In this document: positions 29,389-39,596 of the stretch, piece after piece
How the letters are laid out: each line of letters starts with the position of its first letter
How positions within the stretch are numbered: position 1 is the first letter of the stretch
Source of the DNA: a virus
Lineage: Duplodnaviria; Caudoviricetes
IMG/VR virus record: IMGVR_UViG_3300014720_002243
Coordinates: 20,700 to 84,699 of that record
Length of the DNA: 64,000 nt
Direction: 5' to 3' (one strand)
Translations under genes and position numbers: made by a program
The notes under the pieces: model-generated
Told to the model about the DNA's origin: nothing
Database searches by the model: none
Seen by the model: only the letters and a program-made list of their open reading frames with translations

Positions 29389-30361
29389 TATCGAATTTTA
29401 CCATTTCTTCTACTAATTGATCAAATGTATATTCTGGTTTCCATCCTAGTGTTTTTCTGATTTTAGAGCTATCACCATTAAGATAATCTACTTCTGCTGG
29501 TCTATACAGATTAGGATCGACTATAACGTAATCTTTCCAGTTTAAATTAACGATACCAAAAGCTTTCATTAAAAATTCTTCTACAGAATGTACTTCTCCT
29601 GTGGATACTATATAATCATTTGGTTTTTCAGTTTGTAGCATTAAGTACATAGCTTTTACATAGTCCTTAGCGTGACCCCAATCTCTTTTTGCAGATAGGT
29701 TTCCTAGACTTAATTTATCTCTCGTTTTTCCATTGATTACTTGGCCTATATACTTAGTAATTTTTTTAGTTACAAAGCTTTCTCCTCTTCTTGGACTCTC
29801 ATGATTAAAAAGAATACCACAAGAACCATACATATCGTATGACGATCTATAAATTCTAACCAAATTATGTGATGCTAATTTTGCTGCTCCGTACGGACTT
29901 TGCGGAAACATTTGGGTTTCTTCATTTTGGTATTTTATACCTGTGTTATTTATGCTAAAATTATATCCGAACATTTCGCTGGTGCTTGCTTGGTATAATC
30001 GTGTTGCAGGAGAGGAGACTCTGATGCTCTCTAGTATGTTTACAACACCTAGAGTATTAACATTAAGCGTAAGACTAGGCTGACTAAAAGATGTACCCAC
30101 ATGACTCTGTGCTGCTAAGTTATAGAATTCGTCTGGTTGATATTTCTGAATCATACAAGAGCAGGAAACAGGATCCGTTAAGTCAAATTCTTCTAATTTG
30201 AACTCGGGGACATTTAAAATATTAGATATTCTATTAGTATTTAAATTACTTGACCTCCTAACGAGGCCCACGACGGTATAATCATGGTTTAATAAAAATT
30301 CTGCTAGGTAGGAACCATCCTGCCCAGTTACTCCTGTTACTAGTGCAACTTTTTTACTCAT
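29369..30361 (-). CDS. gmd: GDP-mannose 4,6-dehydratase
   Basis: TGVTGQDGSYLAE, NLAAQSHV, QASTSE, SPYGAAK, FNHESPRRG and RDWGHAKDY motifs. Confidence 0.95.
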   Translation of the reverse strand: MSKKVALVTGVTGQDGSYLAEFLLNHDYTVVGLVRRSSNLNTNRISNILNVPEFKLEEFDLTDPVSCSCMIQKYQPDEFYNLAAQSHVGTSFSQPSLTLNVNTLGVVNILESIRVSSPATRLYQASTSEMFGYNFSINNTGIKYQNEETQMFPQSPYGAAKLASHNLVRIYRSSYDMYGSCGILFNHESPRRGESFVTKKITKYIGQVINGKTRDKLSLGNLSAKRDWGHAKDYVKAMYLMLQTEKPNDYIVSTGEVHSVEEFLMKAFGIVNLNWKDYVIVDPNLYRPAEVDYLNGDSSKIRKTLGWKPEYTFDQLVEEMVKFDIENEHV

Positions 30362-31178
30362 CTTGTTCTACGCTTTCTGGTGTTAAGAAAGGTTTATCTA
30401 GTGTGCCGTCCTCGAATGTATGGTATTCAAATAGTTTCTCTTTAGCTTTGTTAGTTGCTAAATTAAGAATTTCCATTTCTCTACCTTCTTTTTCACGAAT
30501 AGCTTCGTCTTCTAACATACGAATTAATCCTACCCAACTACTTTTACCATCTTCGATTCTTTTAATTCTTTGCTCTCTTGTGGCTTTTAGATCCTTGCTA
30601 ATCTTTTGCTGTTCATTTAAAAGCTTAGTATACTCATTAGTATAATTAGCAATACTATTTCGTGCAAAACTTAATTGAGTTTCTAAATTTGCTAGTTTAG
30701 GAATATCTCTTTCTGTTTCTGGTTTAGCATATTGAGCGTCTACTAGTTTCTGAAGTTTTTCAGTATCTGTGATGTGTCTTTTTCTTTCTTTCATACTTCT
30801 GTTAATAAGAATGTCTATGGTGATAAATTGTTTAATCTGTAATTCTTCTGCTGGTAAAACATCTTCACGAAACTGTTTCATCAATCCTATCCAAGTATCT
30901 TCAAAATATTTTAATTCTCCGCTTTCTTCATCAAACTGCCTGAGAATTTCTGACCAAAAAGTTTTTAGATGTAGTCTTTTAATCAGATAATCGTCTGTTT
31001 TTTTGGTATCATCAGTAACATCCAGATTATTTTCTACTATATATCTTTGTATAGGAGCTGGACTTCTATTAAGCTCCTGAGCAATAGCTTCTATGCTAAT
31101 ACTGCCAGCATTTTCAGTAATGAATTTTTCTTCATCGAGGCTTAGTTGTCCTCTTTTCTTAGGTGGTTGTTTTTCCAC
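30354..31178 (-). CDS. Putative terminase small subunit / DNA-binding coiled-coil protein
   Basis: N-terminal HTH-like segment (SIEAIAQELNRS) followed by coiled coil; lies upstream of terL. Confidence 0.4.
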   Translation of the reverse strand: MEKQPPKKRGQLSLDEEKFITENAGSISIEAIAQELNRSPAPIQRYIVENNLDVTDDTKKTDDYLIKRLHLKTFWSEILRQFDEESGELKYFEDTWIGLMKQFREDVLPAEELQIKQFITIDILINRSMKERKRHITDTEKLQKLVDAQYAKPETERDIPKLANLETQLSFARNSIANYTNEYTKLLNEQQKISKDLKATREQRIKRIEDGKSSWVGLIRMLEDEAIREKEGREMEILNLATNKAKEKLFEYHTFEDGTLDKPFLTPESVEQDE

Positions 31179-31840
31179 TCTGTTGTCTCCATTAGATTAG
31201 CAATATGCTGTTGTAGTTTAACTAAATGATGTTTAGGCACTTTTGTTCCGTGTTTTATTTTTAAATAAAATTCTCTATATTCAATACCTATATTATTATC
31301 TAAAAACTCGATAATCTCTTTGCTCTGTACCCAATTTTGAAGATCACCCTTAGCGTGACTAATATCAAAACCATTATCCATATGACTTGGTTGCATAATA
31401 TTTTTCTTAGCACTATTTCTAGTATTCCAACTAGCATATAGTTCGCATTCATTCTTGTTTAAGAACTTAGAACATTGATTAGTCGAACACTGAAAATTTT
31501 TATCAAAAAAGGGACAAGTCAAACAAGGTTTATCTGGTCTTTGATAGTTGTCTCTTTTGTAATTAAAAAGCCTGTTACGAACATGAGTCCATAAGAAATT
31601 TTCTAAAGGTCTGCTTCTGTCGTATTTTTCTAGTCCCTCTAATGCAAAAATAGCTGCTTGCTGTTTCATATCGTCAAAATCATGATATCCAAATTTAAAT
31701 TTATGACCTAATCTCTTAGATATATTATCTAAAACGGTCAAAAACTCTTGTTCACTAACATTATTGGGTAAATTATTTTTGACTACTTTTTTCGGTTTCT
31801 TTTTCTTCACTATTTTCGGACGGATTTTCTTTTTGCTCAT
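31142..31840 (-). CDS. Sigma70-family (region 2-like) phage sigma factor with Cys-rich insertion
   Basis: DDMKQQAAIFALEGLEKYD...NFLWTHVRNRLFNYKR; PCLTCPFF...C...C...C cluster. Confidence 0.65.
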   Translation of the reverse strand: MSKKKIRPKIVKKKKPKKVVKNNLPNNVSEQEFLTVLDNISKRLGHKFKFGYHDFDDMKQQAAIFALEGLEKYDRSRPLENFLWTHVRNRLFNYKRDNYQRPDKPCLTCPFFDKNFQCSTNQCSKFLNKNECELYASWNTRNSAKKNIMQPSHMDNGFDISHAKGDLQNWVQSKEIIEFLDNNIGIEYREFYLKIKHGTKVPKHHLVKLQQHIANLMETTEWKNNHLRKEDN

Positions 31841-31955
31841 CTAATAATTCCGCTATACTTTTTCCTTCGGGTAAATTTAAATCACTTTCTACACTAGCTG
31901 CTGCTCCGCATGGATGAACTTCTAAGGTAGATTTGACAATATTAGCATCACTCAT
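31773..31955 (-). CDS. Hypothetical protein
   Basis: ATG at 31955 with an AGGAG RBS. Confidence 0.45.
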   Translation of the reverse strand: MSDANIVKSTLEVHPCGAAASVESDLNLPEGKSIAELLDEQKENPSENSEEKETEKSSQK

Positions 31956-32043
31956 AAAAAACTCCTTGCACAAAGTTGTCAACCACATACTATTATAGTG
32001 TTAGTACACTTTTAGTCAATTTAATTTGTTAAAGGAACACCAA

Positions 32044-32274
32044 ATGGCAACATATAAGAAATGGCTTCAGACCGAACTAGACTTTATTAGATCAAATCAG
32101 GAACTATATAATGATGAACAACTTAGTGCTAAACTAAGCCAAATGACCGGCCAAAACATTACTACTGCTATGGTTCGCCGTCAGCGTAGAAAATTGGCCA
32201 TTAAGAAAAAGAGAGGTCGCCCCAGTAAAAATAAGGTTGTGGTCTCTCCGATTCAGGATAATGTTGTTTCTTGA
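32044..32274 (+). CDS. Small basic DNA-binding protein (HTH-like with AT-hook-like KKRGRP)
   Basis: KW..ELDFI...DEQLSAKL...VRRQRRKL..KKRGRP; AAGGA RBS; divergent from the late operon. Confidence 0.55.
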   Translation: MATYKKWLQTELDFIRSNQELYNDEQLSAKLSQMTGQNITTAMVRRQRRKLAIKKKRGRPSKNKVVVSPIQDNVVS

Positions 32275-32368
32275 TCTTTTATTGTTGTGCAGCATAAAGG
32301 TCTAGTGGTGGGGGATTTCAGGGTAAAATTTGGAATCCCTCATCTTTTTTAACCAGGAGATTAATCTA

Positions 32369-32656
32369 ATGAAATTGTTTAGTTGTATGTTGGTTTTGTT
32401 TATGGTCATGATGGTGGGAAATAATAGTTATGCTTGTGAGTGGGTAAGGGCTCGACCAATTCAGACAGTAGTGGTATATGCTTATCCACCTTCGGTATAC
32501 AATGTTTATCCCGTTTATATTGCTCCTCAGCCTCAACCAGTAGTAACCTATGAAACGGTTTTGGTTCCTGTGGTGCAGCAAGGGGTACAGTGGGTTTGGC
32601 CAAATTATTATCAGGTACAGCCGGTATATATTAGACCAACATTAATAAGGTACTAA
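32369..32656 (+). CDS. Secreted Tyr/Val/Pro-rich small protein
   Basis: Signal-peptide-like N-terminus ending SYA, followed by low-complexity Y/V/P sequence. Confidence 0.55.
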   Translation: MKLFSCMLVLFMVMMVGNNSYACEWVRARPIQTVVVYAYPPSVYNVYPVYIAPQPQPVVTYETVLVPVVQQGVQWVWPNYYQVQPVYIRPTLIRY

Positions 32657-32685
32657 GCTAATTATATAGTATAGGCCACAAAGAG

Positions 32686-32713
32686 AGACAGGCAGAGATG
32701 CTTGTCTTTTTTT
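32686..32713 (+). terminator. Intrinsic terminator
   Basis: AGACAGGCA-GAGA-TGCTTGTCT followed by a T-run. Confidence 0.7.
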
Positions 32714-32752
32714 GTATAATTTGGTATAATAATGTATATAAAGGAGAATTTT

Positions 32753-34579
32753 ATGTGTGGTATAATGGGTTACAAGGGAAACAAGAAGTGTTTGCCAATT
32801 ATATTAGATGGACTTAAACGACTAGAATATAGAGGATATGATAGTGCTGGAGTATCCTATATAATAGGCAATAAATTAATTACATTTAAAAGTCCTGGAT
32901 GTGTTAATGAGTTAATTAATAATTGGATAGATTTTGATATGCCAAGTAATATTGGTATAGGTCATACTAGATGGGCAACACACGGTCAACCATCTCAAAG
33001 AAACGCTCACCCTCATACTACTAGCGACGATAGATTAAGCATCGTTCATAATGGAATTGTAGAAAATTATGTAGCATTACAAAAAGAATTAATAGATAAA
33101 GGTTACTTATTTGTTTCGGAAACAGATACAGAAGTTTTATTATATTTAATATACGATTATTTAGTAATAGAAAATTTACCATTATTTGAAGCTGTTAAAT
33201 TTGCTCTAGAAAGAGTTGTTGGGGCGTATGCTATATGCGTCATAGATAAAAAAGATCCAGAAAATATAGTAGCTGCTAGAAAAGGAAGTCCTCTTGTTGT
33301 AGGTTTGGGCGAACCGGGAGAATTTTATGTTGCTAGTGATCAATTAGCTTTAGTAGGATATACAAATGATATTGTTGTATTAGAAGATAATGTTGTTGTG
33401 GAACTAAAAGATCAATTAACTTGCTATGATATGAGAAATAAAAAAATATCTCAATGCAATATATCTAAACTATATAATCAAATATACAATATTGAAAAAA
33501 ATGGATACGATCATTTTATGATCAAAGAAATATATGAACAGCCTAGAGTTGTAGCAGACTGTTTGAGTGGTAGGATTGATGGTTATAGGATAAAACTTGG
33601 AGGTTTATTTGGTTATGAAAATATCTTAAGTACTGCGGATCATATTACTATACTTGCATGTGGATCATCGTGGCACGCTGGATTAATAGCAAAATATTAT
33701 TTTGAAGAATTTTGTGGAATAAAAACTAGCGTGGAATATGCTAGTGAATTTAGATATAGAAAACCAGTTATTAATGAAGACGATATTGTAATAGCTATAT
33801 CACAAAGTGGCGAAACAGCTGATACTATTAATGCTGCAAATTTAGCAAAATCCAAAGGGGCTATTGTTATTGGAGTTTGTAATGTAGCAGATTCTTCGTT
33901 AGTTAGATTAACAGAGTGCGGAGTATATTGTAGGGCTGGCGCAGAGATAGGGGTGGCCAGTACAAAAGCTTTTATGTCTCAAGTAATAGTATTATTATTA
34001 ATAGCACTATGGATAGAACAATATAGAGACTCTAGAATGTTAATAGATTATAGACAAGCTATTATAGATGATTTAAAAAAATTACCAATAGTATTAGAAG
34101 AAGTATTAAAGTTAAATAAAAATATAAGAAAACTTGGTGCTAAGTTCCATAAATCTAAAAATTGCATTTATCTAGGAAGAGAATATAATTTTCCTGTAGC
34201 CTTAGAAGGAGCATTAAAATTAAAAGAAATATCTTATATTCATGCTGAAGGATATCCTGCTGCCGAAATGAAACATGGTCCTATAGCTTTAATAGATAAA
34301 AATATGCCGGTAATTGTTGTGTCTAACAACAAAAAACAATATAGTAAAATTGCAAATAATATCAAAGAGATACAAGCTAGGAGCGGAGAAGTTATAGAGG
34401 TTTATGCAGAAGATAGGTTTTCTGGTGATTATGGATTAAAAGTTCCTAGTGTGGTTGATCCCGTAAGTCCTTTGATATCTAGTATGGTATTACAATTATT
34501 TGCATATTATTGTGCTATTTTGAGTGGTCACGATGTTGATAAACCAAGAAACCTAGCCAAAAGCGTAACTGTAGAATAA
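32753..34579 (+). CDS. glmS: Glutamine--fructose-6-phosphate aminotransferase
   Basis: MCGI N-terminus, LEYRGYDSAG, GHTRWATHG, SQSGETAD, LKLKEISYIHAEG, PRNLAKSVTVE. Confidence 0.97.
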   Translation: MCGIMGYKGNKKCLPIILDGLKRLEYRGYDSAGVSYIIGNKLITFKSPGCVNELINNWIDFDMPSNIGIGHTRWATHGQPSQRNAHPHTTSDDRLSIVHNGIVENYVALQKELIDKGYLFVSETDTEVLLYLIYDYLVIENLPLFEAVKFALERVVGAYAICVIDKKDPENIVAARKGSPLVVGLGEPGEFYVASDQLALVGYTNDIVVLEDNVVVELKDQLTCYDMRNKKISQCNISKLYNQIYNIEKNGYDHFMIKEIYEQPRVVADCLSGRIDGYRIKLGGLFGYENILSTADHITILACGSSWHAGLIAKYYFEEFCGIKTSVEYASEFRYRKPVINEDDIVIAISQSGETADTINAANLAKSKGAIVIGVCNVADSSLVRLTECGVYCRAGAEIGVASTKAFMSQVIVLLLIALWIEQYRDSRMLIDYRQAIIDDLKKLPIVLEEVLKLNKNIRKLGAKFHKSKNCIYLGREYNFPVALEGALKLKEISYIHAEGYPAAEMKHGPIALIDKNMPVIVVSNNKKQYSKIANNIKEIQARSGEVIEVYAEDRFSGDYGLKVPSVVDPVSPLISSMVLQLFAYYCAILSGHDVDKPRNLAKSVTVE

Positions 34580-35019
34580 TGTTTTATATTAGACCCATAT
34601 CTATATATGATAATTTAAATGAATATATGAGGTGTGTGGAGGATCTAAACGGTTCTGATGTTAGTGTCAGCAATGAACAAGAAATGAGGGGATGGTTATT
34701 TTCTAGACCAGACAATATTGTAACATATGTATGTGTTTATAATAGAAAAATAGTTGCTACGGCTACTTGTTTGTTTGAAAGAAAACTAAGATACAATCAG
34801 TTGTGCTGTCATTTGGAGGATGTGGGAGTTGTGCAAGAGTGTCGTTCTATGGGTTTGGGGCGATTGATAGTTAACTATTGTGTGGGCGAAGCAAAATTTA
34901 GAGGATGCTATAAGATAAAGCTTCATTGTAGCGATAAGCTTCTTGGTTTCTATGAGCATCTAGGTTTTGTAAAAATTAATAATGGAATGGAAAAAAATAT
35001 CAATAAACTGGCCAATTAG
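34579..35019 (+). CDS. Glucosamine-6-phosphate N-acetyltransferase (GNA1-type GNAT)
   Basis: ERK...HLEDVGV...R.MGLG...GCYKIKLHC....GFYEHLGF; overlaps the glmS stop codon. Confidence 0.8.
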   Translation: MFYIRPISIYDNLNEYMRCVEDLNGSDVSVSNEQEMRGWLFSRPDNIVTYVCVYNRKIVATATCLFERKLRYNQLCCHLEDVGVVQECRSMGLGRLIVNYCVGEAKFRGCYKIKLHCSDKLLGFYEHLGFVKINNGMEKNINKLAN

Positions 35020-35299
35020 TTTATGGTGTCCCTACTTCTTTTAGACCACCCCCGGTTTTTATGGAAAAAAGTGGCAGTCCTTTAGAAAATGAAAAAACCC
35101 CCTAAACCTTTACTCTGCAAGGGTTTACGGCGAATATTTTGGGCCACATTTTTCATAAAGCCTTGAAAATCATAGACTTACGTGCATTTTACAAAAATGG
35201 CAGGACAAAATGGCAGAAACTGCAAGAATGACATAGTGCCATAATGACAGAATCATCAAAAACGCCGAGAAAATCGTGGAAAAAATATTTTTCGGCATT

Positions 35300-35315
35300 T
35301 GGCACGGTATCTGCA
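35300..35315 (+). promoter_or_regulatory. Sigma54-like -24/-12 promoter
   Basis: TGGCACGGTATCTGCA (GG-N10-GC) about 30 bp upstream of the ATG at 35346. Confidence 0.5.
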
Positions 35316-35345
35316 CTATATATTGGTAGAAAAGAAAGGAAAAGA

Positions 35346-35534
35346 ATGAATAAGTACAGCAAAAAGGTGCTTTCCAAGCGTTTGAACAAGTTGGGCTATA
35401 CTTTGGGTCGTGATATTTTCGGATGGGTCGTGATTTCCACCCATACAGGCTTCGAATGGAAGTTCCCCACCCTAGGAGGGGTGAATAGGTTTATTCTTGA
35501 CACGGAAAGCCTCAAGGCCATGAATACCCCATAG
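35346..35534 (+). CDS. Small early protein (paralog of 36141..36350)
   Basis: RBS plus ATG at 35346; shares the L.K.GYTL.R...W...W.F..L.GV.RF pattern. Confidence 0.65.
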   Translation: MNKYSKKVLSKRLNKLGYTLGRDIFGWVVISTHTGFEWKFPTLGGVNRFILDTESLKAMNTP

Positions 35535-35600
35535 AGGGGGGTTGACAAGCGATTTTTTCTAGTGTATAATCATTTCATCATCACCAAGAGGAAAAAAGAC

Positions 35601-35924
35601 ATGACCAAGTTCGCAATCATCGAAAACGCCAAGCGTCAAGCCCGTATGTGCTTTCTCGGTATCGCTATCCCGTGCGACAAGACCACTGTTGATGGTAGCG
35701 TGATTCGTTCCGAAAAGGTTTTGAAGTTCAACCGTAAGGCTCTGCGTCGAGCCAATAGCGTCAAGATGGAAAAGGTTGATCCCCGCGTTGTGGGGGGTGA
35801 TGATAGCATGATCGTAAAGGTTGGAAAGCCCGGCTCCCCCGAAAGGGTGGAAGCACTCGCTGCTCAATACTCTGCCGTAATGGCAGAAGGGATCGAAGTA
35901 TCCCCCTTTGGGTGGGATGGCTGA
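35601..35924 (+). CDS. Hypothetical early protein
   Basis: TTGACA-17-TATAAT promoter at 35542-35570, GAGG RBS, ATG at 35601. Confidence 0.65.
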   Translation: MTKFAIIENAKRQARMCFLGIAIPCDKTTVDGSVIRSEKVLKFNRKALRRANSVKMEKVDPRVVGGDDSMIVKVGKPGSPERVEALAAQYSAVMAEGIEVSPFGWDG

Positions 35925-36140
35925 CGTAACCCGTTGAGACGCAAGGCTTTGCGTTCGACGGGGCCACAGAGGCTTGACGTAAACCCTTGCAAATCAACAA
36001 CATAGCAAATACCATGCCAAACAAAGGTAAAACCGTAAAAAGTTTTGTCAAAATCTCTTGACAGAAAAATCCAAAGATTTTGCTTGCAACCTAAAGAATC
36101 GCCCTGTATAATGTCGATATAAGAAAAGAGGAGAAAAAAG

Positions 36141-36350
36141 ATGAACAGCAAAACGATTGCCAAAGAGTTGCAGAAGATGGGTTACACACTCAAGCGGACT
36201 TCCGATGTTGAAGCCCGATGGATGGTTCGCTCGGATGTGCTAACCTACCATTGGAACTTCAAGGACTTGAAGGGTGTGGAGCGTTTCATGGTTGACGAAC
36301 GGGCTATGTATCGGTATGCTAAGGCGAACGGTGCTACGCTTCGCAAGTAG
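36141..36350 (+). CDS. Small early protein (paralog of 35346..35534)
   Basis: Own promoter and GAGGAG RBS; motif similarity to the 35346 gene. Confidence 0.65.
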   Translation: MNSKTIAKELQKMGYTLKRTSDVEARWMVRSDVLTYHWNFKDLKGVERFMVDERAMYRYAKANGATLRK

Positions 36351-36362
36351 AAAGGAAATGAT

Positions 36363-36758
36363 ATGATGTTTTCGGATTGCTGTGGTGTTCAGATTGTAGA
36401 CGATATTGCAGGATTGGAACTCTGCCCGCGTTGCTGGGAGCATTGTGAGGTTATCGTCGAAGATGAGGATATGGCCGCTGCTCGGGAAGAGATTGAAAAT
36501 ATGTCCGTCGAAGAGTATAATAGCCTTCCTCTCTATAAGGGCTGAACAATGCAAGTTTTCGATCATAGACTTTTGGTTGCTGTGCCTGCGAATAAGTGGA
36601 TCGGGGAATGGATTCAGCGTGACCCATCCCCCATATACAGAGGTACACTTGCTGCACAGTTGCGACTGATCCGCAAGAGGCACGGTACCCCCTATGCGAG
36701 GGAGTGGCGTGACCATATGGTGTGGCTTGGCAGTTATCCTCCCAAATATAAGTACTAA
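36363..36758 (+). CDS. Two small hypothetical genes (36363..36545, Cys-motif acidic protein; 36549..36758)
   Basis: Tightly packed ORFs; SDCCG...CPRCWEHC motif in the first. Confidence 0.55.
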
Positions 36759-36960
36759 TCCTAAATCGTTGGCCCATAAGGCTTTGCGACTTGGGCCCTC
36801 GGCCTAGGTTGACGCAAACCCTTGGGAAACAATACGTTGCAGATTTTTTCGATTTGGCACGAAATTATATTTGAAATTTTCCAAAGATTTCGCTTGCAAT
36901 CTAAAGAAAACTCTGTATAATGTCGATATAAGAAGTAGGAAAGAAAAAGGAGACGATAAA

Positions 36961-37668
36961 ATGGTTACCTTGAGCACCCGAGACGAGTTGGTTGAGTTCC
37001 TGTATGGTGCGGACAGCACTTCTCCCGATACGTTGGTTGGGGTTGCCACCATCGGTGGAGAGTTGCTGGCTGAGGCTCTTACCCACGATCTGCGGGATGG
37101 CACCTTCCATATTGGGGATTTCTTCCCGATGGGTGATGAGGGTGAGGGAATCACCGTTGACCGTGATGGACGCATTCTGGAAGACTATCTGTACTATTGA
37201 TCAGTATTGACAGCATAAAAATCTGTAGTATAATAGTAGAAAAGAAAGAGAGAAAAGATGCAATCCTCGATGAGCGTAAACGGTTTTCTTGCTAGCCTTC
37301 CTAGGATCGTACAGAAGAAGGTGTGGAAGGTTACGGATAAGGATGGTACGGTTGTTCAGTATGTTGGTGCTACGGATAACCGAAAGACTACTGCACAAAA
37401 GTATATCGACACCAAGTATCCCGATAAGGTACTGGTATTGACATTTTCACATTTCAATGGTATGATTACACTTCCTCGCTAACCCTTATGCAAGAAAGAA
37501 ATAATGAATCCTCAAGCAATCAATGATTCTCGGCCTCTCGTGTGGACGGTTTCGGAGAATGTTCCCGATACTTACTGCCTGTATATTGATGGTATTCTTA
37601 TGCACGAAAACCTCTCGTTCGAGGAGTTTTACCCCCTGTATAAGGGGTATATTTCTAATAAGACGTAA
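36961..37668 (+). CDS. Three small hypothetical genes (36961..37200, 37258..37482, 37504..37668)
   Basis: Preceded by purine-rich RBS and promoters; the last stop codon TAA is the first 3 bases of the repeat at 37666. Confidence 0.55.
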
Positions 37669-37922
37669 AACATGAAGCCACAAGGGTTTACAACACTTGT
37701 GAGTATAGAGGGACGATGTAAAGCCTTGTGCGACATAGACTTAGGAATTGTGCTCTTTTGGCATGGCTTTTGCTCTAGCATACTCTGTGCCAAACAGCGT
37801 CAAAATGAGAAAAAGTTTTGTCAAAATCTCTTGACATAAAAAATCCAAAAAATCTCTTGACTTTCAAGTTTTAGCCTGTATAATGTCGATAATAGAAGAG
37901 AGAGAAAGAAAGAGAGAACTAA

Positions 37923-39151
37923 ATGCTTCGCAAGATTCCAAAGACTGAAACGATTCGCAAGAGTATCCGCCGGTATGCGTATATTGCTGGCTTTACGCTC
38001 CATCCCCATAGCGTTGGGTCTATTCCTTCTGGTGTTCCCGGTACGTATAGTCTTTTCGATATCAAGATGGGCTACTATACTCATCGTAGTATTCCGATGG
38101 ATACGGTCGTTCGCGTTATAGTAGACGAACTGTATGCTATAAAGTATCGACTCGGCCCCTCTCTTGTGAGGGGTTGACAAGGTAAAATAGTTTAGTATAA
38201 TACCTAAATCAAGAAAGAAAGAGATAAAAATGAGTTGCCCTGACCCGCTTTATGATTACGAGGATTGGAACGACGAGGATTCGTCCGACGATGGATATGA
38301 TGCCATGAAGGATAACTATCTCACTAATGGTGGGTATGGTTACAATGAGCGTACCCGGCGTGAGGATCAAGAATGGGCCGATGAGTGCCGCCGTAATAAG
38401 TGGTGAATCACATCTCTATGCTCGACAAGGCTTTGCATCGAGCAGCCCCGGCCACGCTTGACGTAAACCCTTGTGGCATAAGAAAAAAGATTTTTTGCTT
38501 GACAACCTAAAGACTGGCCTGTAAAATACCGATATAAGAGAAAGAGAAAGGAACCCAAAATGAAACTTTCCGGAATGTTGGTTGAGAATCGTCGGCCTGT
38601 TTATTCGTATTCTTGGCTTTGCGAAAAGATGGCTGATCGTTCGCGTGTTTTGCTCAAAACTGGAGACGGAAAAAACCATTTTGGTCTAATCAATGGTATC
38701 CGTCCCGAGGATGGTAGCGGTCGATGCTGGCTGGTGACTCTCACCGAAAACGGAAAGAATGAAACGGTTTTTATGAGAACCTCTTGATTTTCTAAAGTGT
38801 AGACTGTAGAATACCGATAACACTAGAAAAGGAAATAGAATGACTCACAGCGAAGCGATTAGCATGGTTCATGGTAAGCGTAATGCGAAGCGACGTAAGG
38901 TTGGAAATAACACCTACGCTGAAATCCTGCATGATAATAGTGTAGGGATTATGCTTCACAGCACCTATGTTGTGAAGATTCATCCGGACGATACATACAC
39001 CCTGCAAACAGGGGGATGGCAAACGGTAACGACCAAGGATAGAATCAATCAATATAGTCCGGTTCGCGTGTATCAGCGAAAGTATGAGTGGTTTGTAAAG
39101 ATACACGGAAAGGAATACCCCTTTATGGAGGGGATGGTAGTGGGAGGTTGA
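37923..39151 (+). CDS. Small hypothetical genes (37923..38177, 38230..38406 acidic, 38560..38787, 38840..39151)
   Basis: Each has its own sigma70-like promoter and purine-rich RBS. Confidence 0.55.
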
Positions 39152-39253
39152 CGTAAACCACGGTGCCGCAAGGATTTGCGGAAACTGTGGCCGGACTCAT
39201 TTTTCATAAAGCCTTATCGTGTAAGGTTTTAGGATTTTCTTCAGTTTTGGCTA

Positions 39254-39282
39254 TTGACAAGCCGATAATATCTTTGTAGAAT
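39254..39282 (+). promoter_or_regulatory. Representative early promoter TTGACA-(CCGATA box)-TG-TAGAAT
   Basis: TTGACAagCCGATAatatcttTGTAGAAT. Similar promoters at about 39710, 42320, 43016, 43622, 45134, 45458, 47654, 48480, 49587, 50611, 52352, 53480 and 61642. Confidence 0.8.
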
Positions 39283-39302
39283 GATCCCATAAGGAGAAAA
39301 CG

Positions 39303-39596
39303 ATGCTTGCAACCAAAAGAGACATGGCCGAGCGGATCGCTGAGAAGGTTGGTGTTACTGGAGCCCAAGCCAAGGAGATTGTACAGGCAACTCTTGATGA
39401 TTTGGTGTTGACTCTTGCCAGTACGGGCAGAATCGAACTGAGGAACTTTGGTGTTTTTACGGTGAAAGTTCGGGCCGCTCGTAAGGCTAGGAATCCTCGC
39501 AGTGGTGCAACCGTTATGATTGGCGAGCGTCGTACCGTTAAGTTCAAGCCAGGAAAGGCTATGGAACAGGCTGTACAGAATCCTCTCCCCTCTTGA
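39303..39596 (+). CDS. IHF/HU family DNA-bending protein
   Basis: TKRDM...RIELRNFGVF.V..R.ARKARNPRSG..V.I..R..V.FKPGK.M signature. Confidence 0.93.
   Translation: MLATKRDMAERIAEKVGVTGAQAKEIVQATLDDLVLTLASTGRIELRNFGVFTVKVRAARKARNPRSGATVMIGERRTVKFKPGKAMEQAVQNPLPS

Noticed and set aside
32657-32752. glmS ribozyme upstream of glmS
   Set aside because: The leader is short and holds only an intrinsic terminator and an AT-rich promoter-like stretch.
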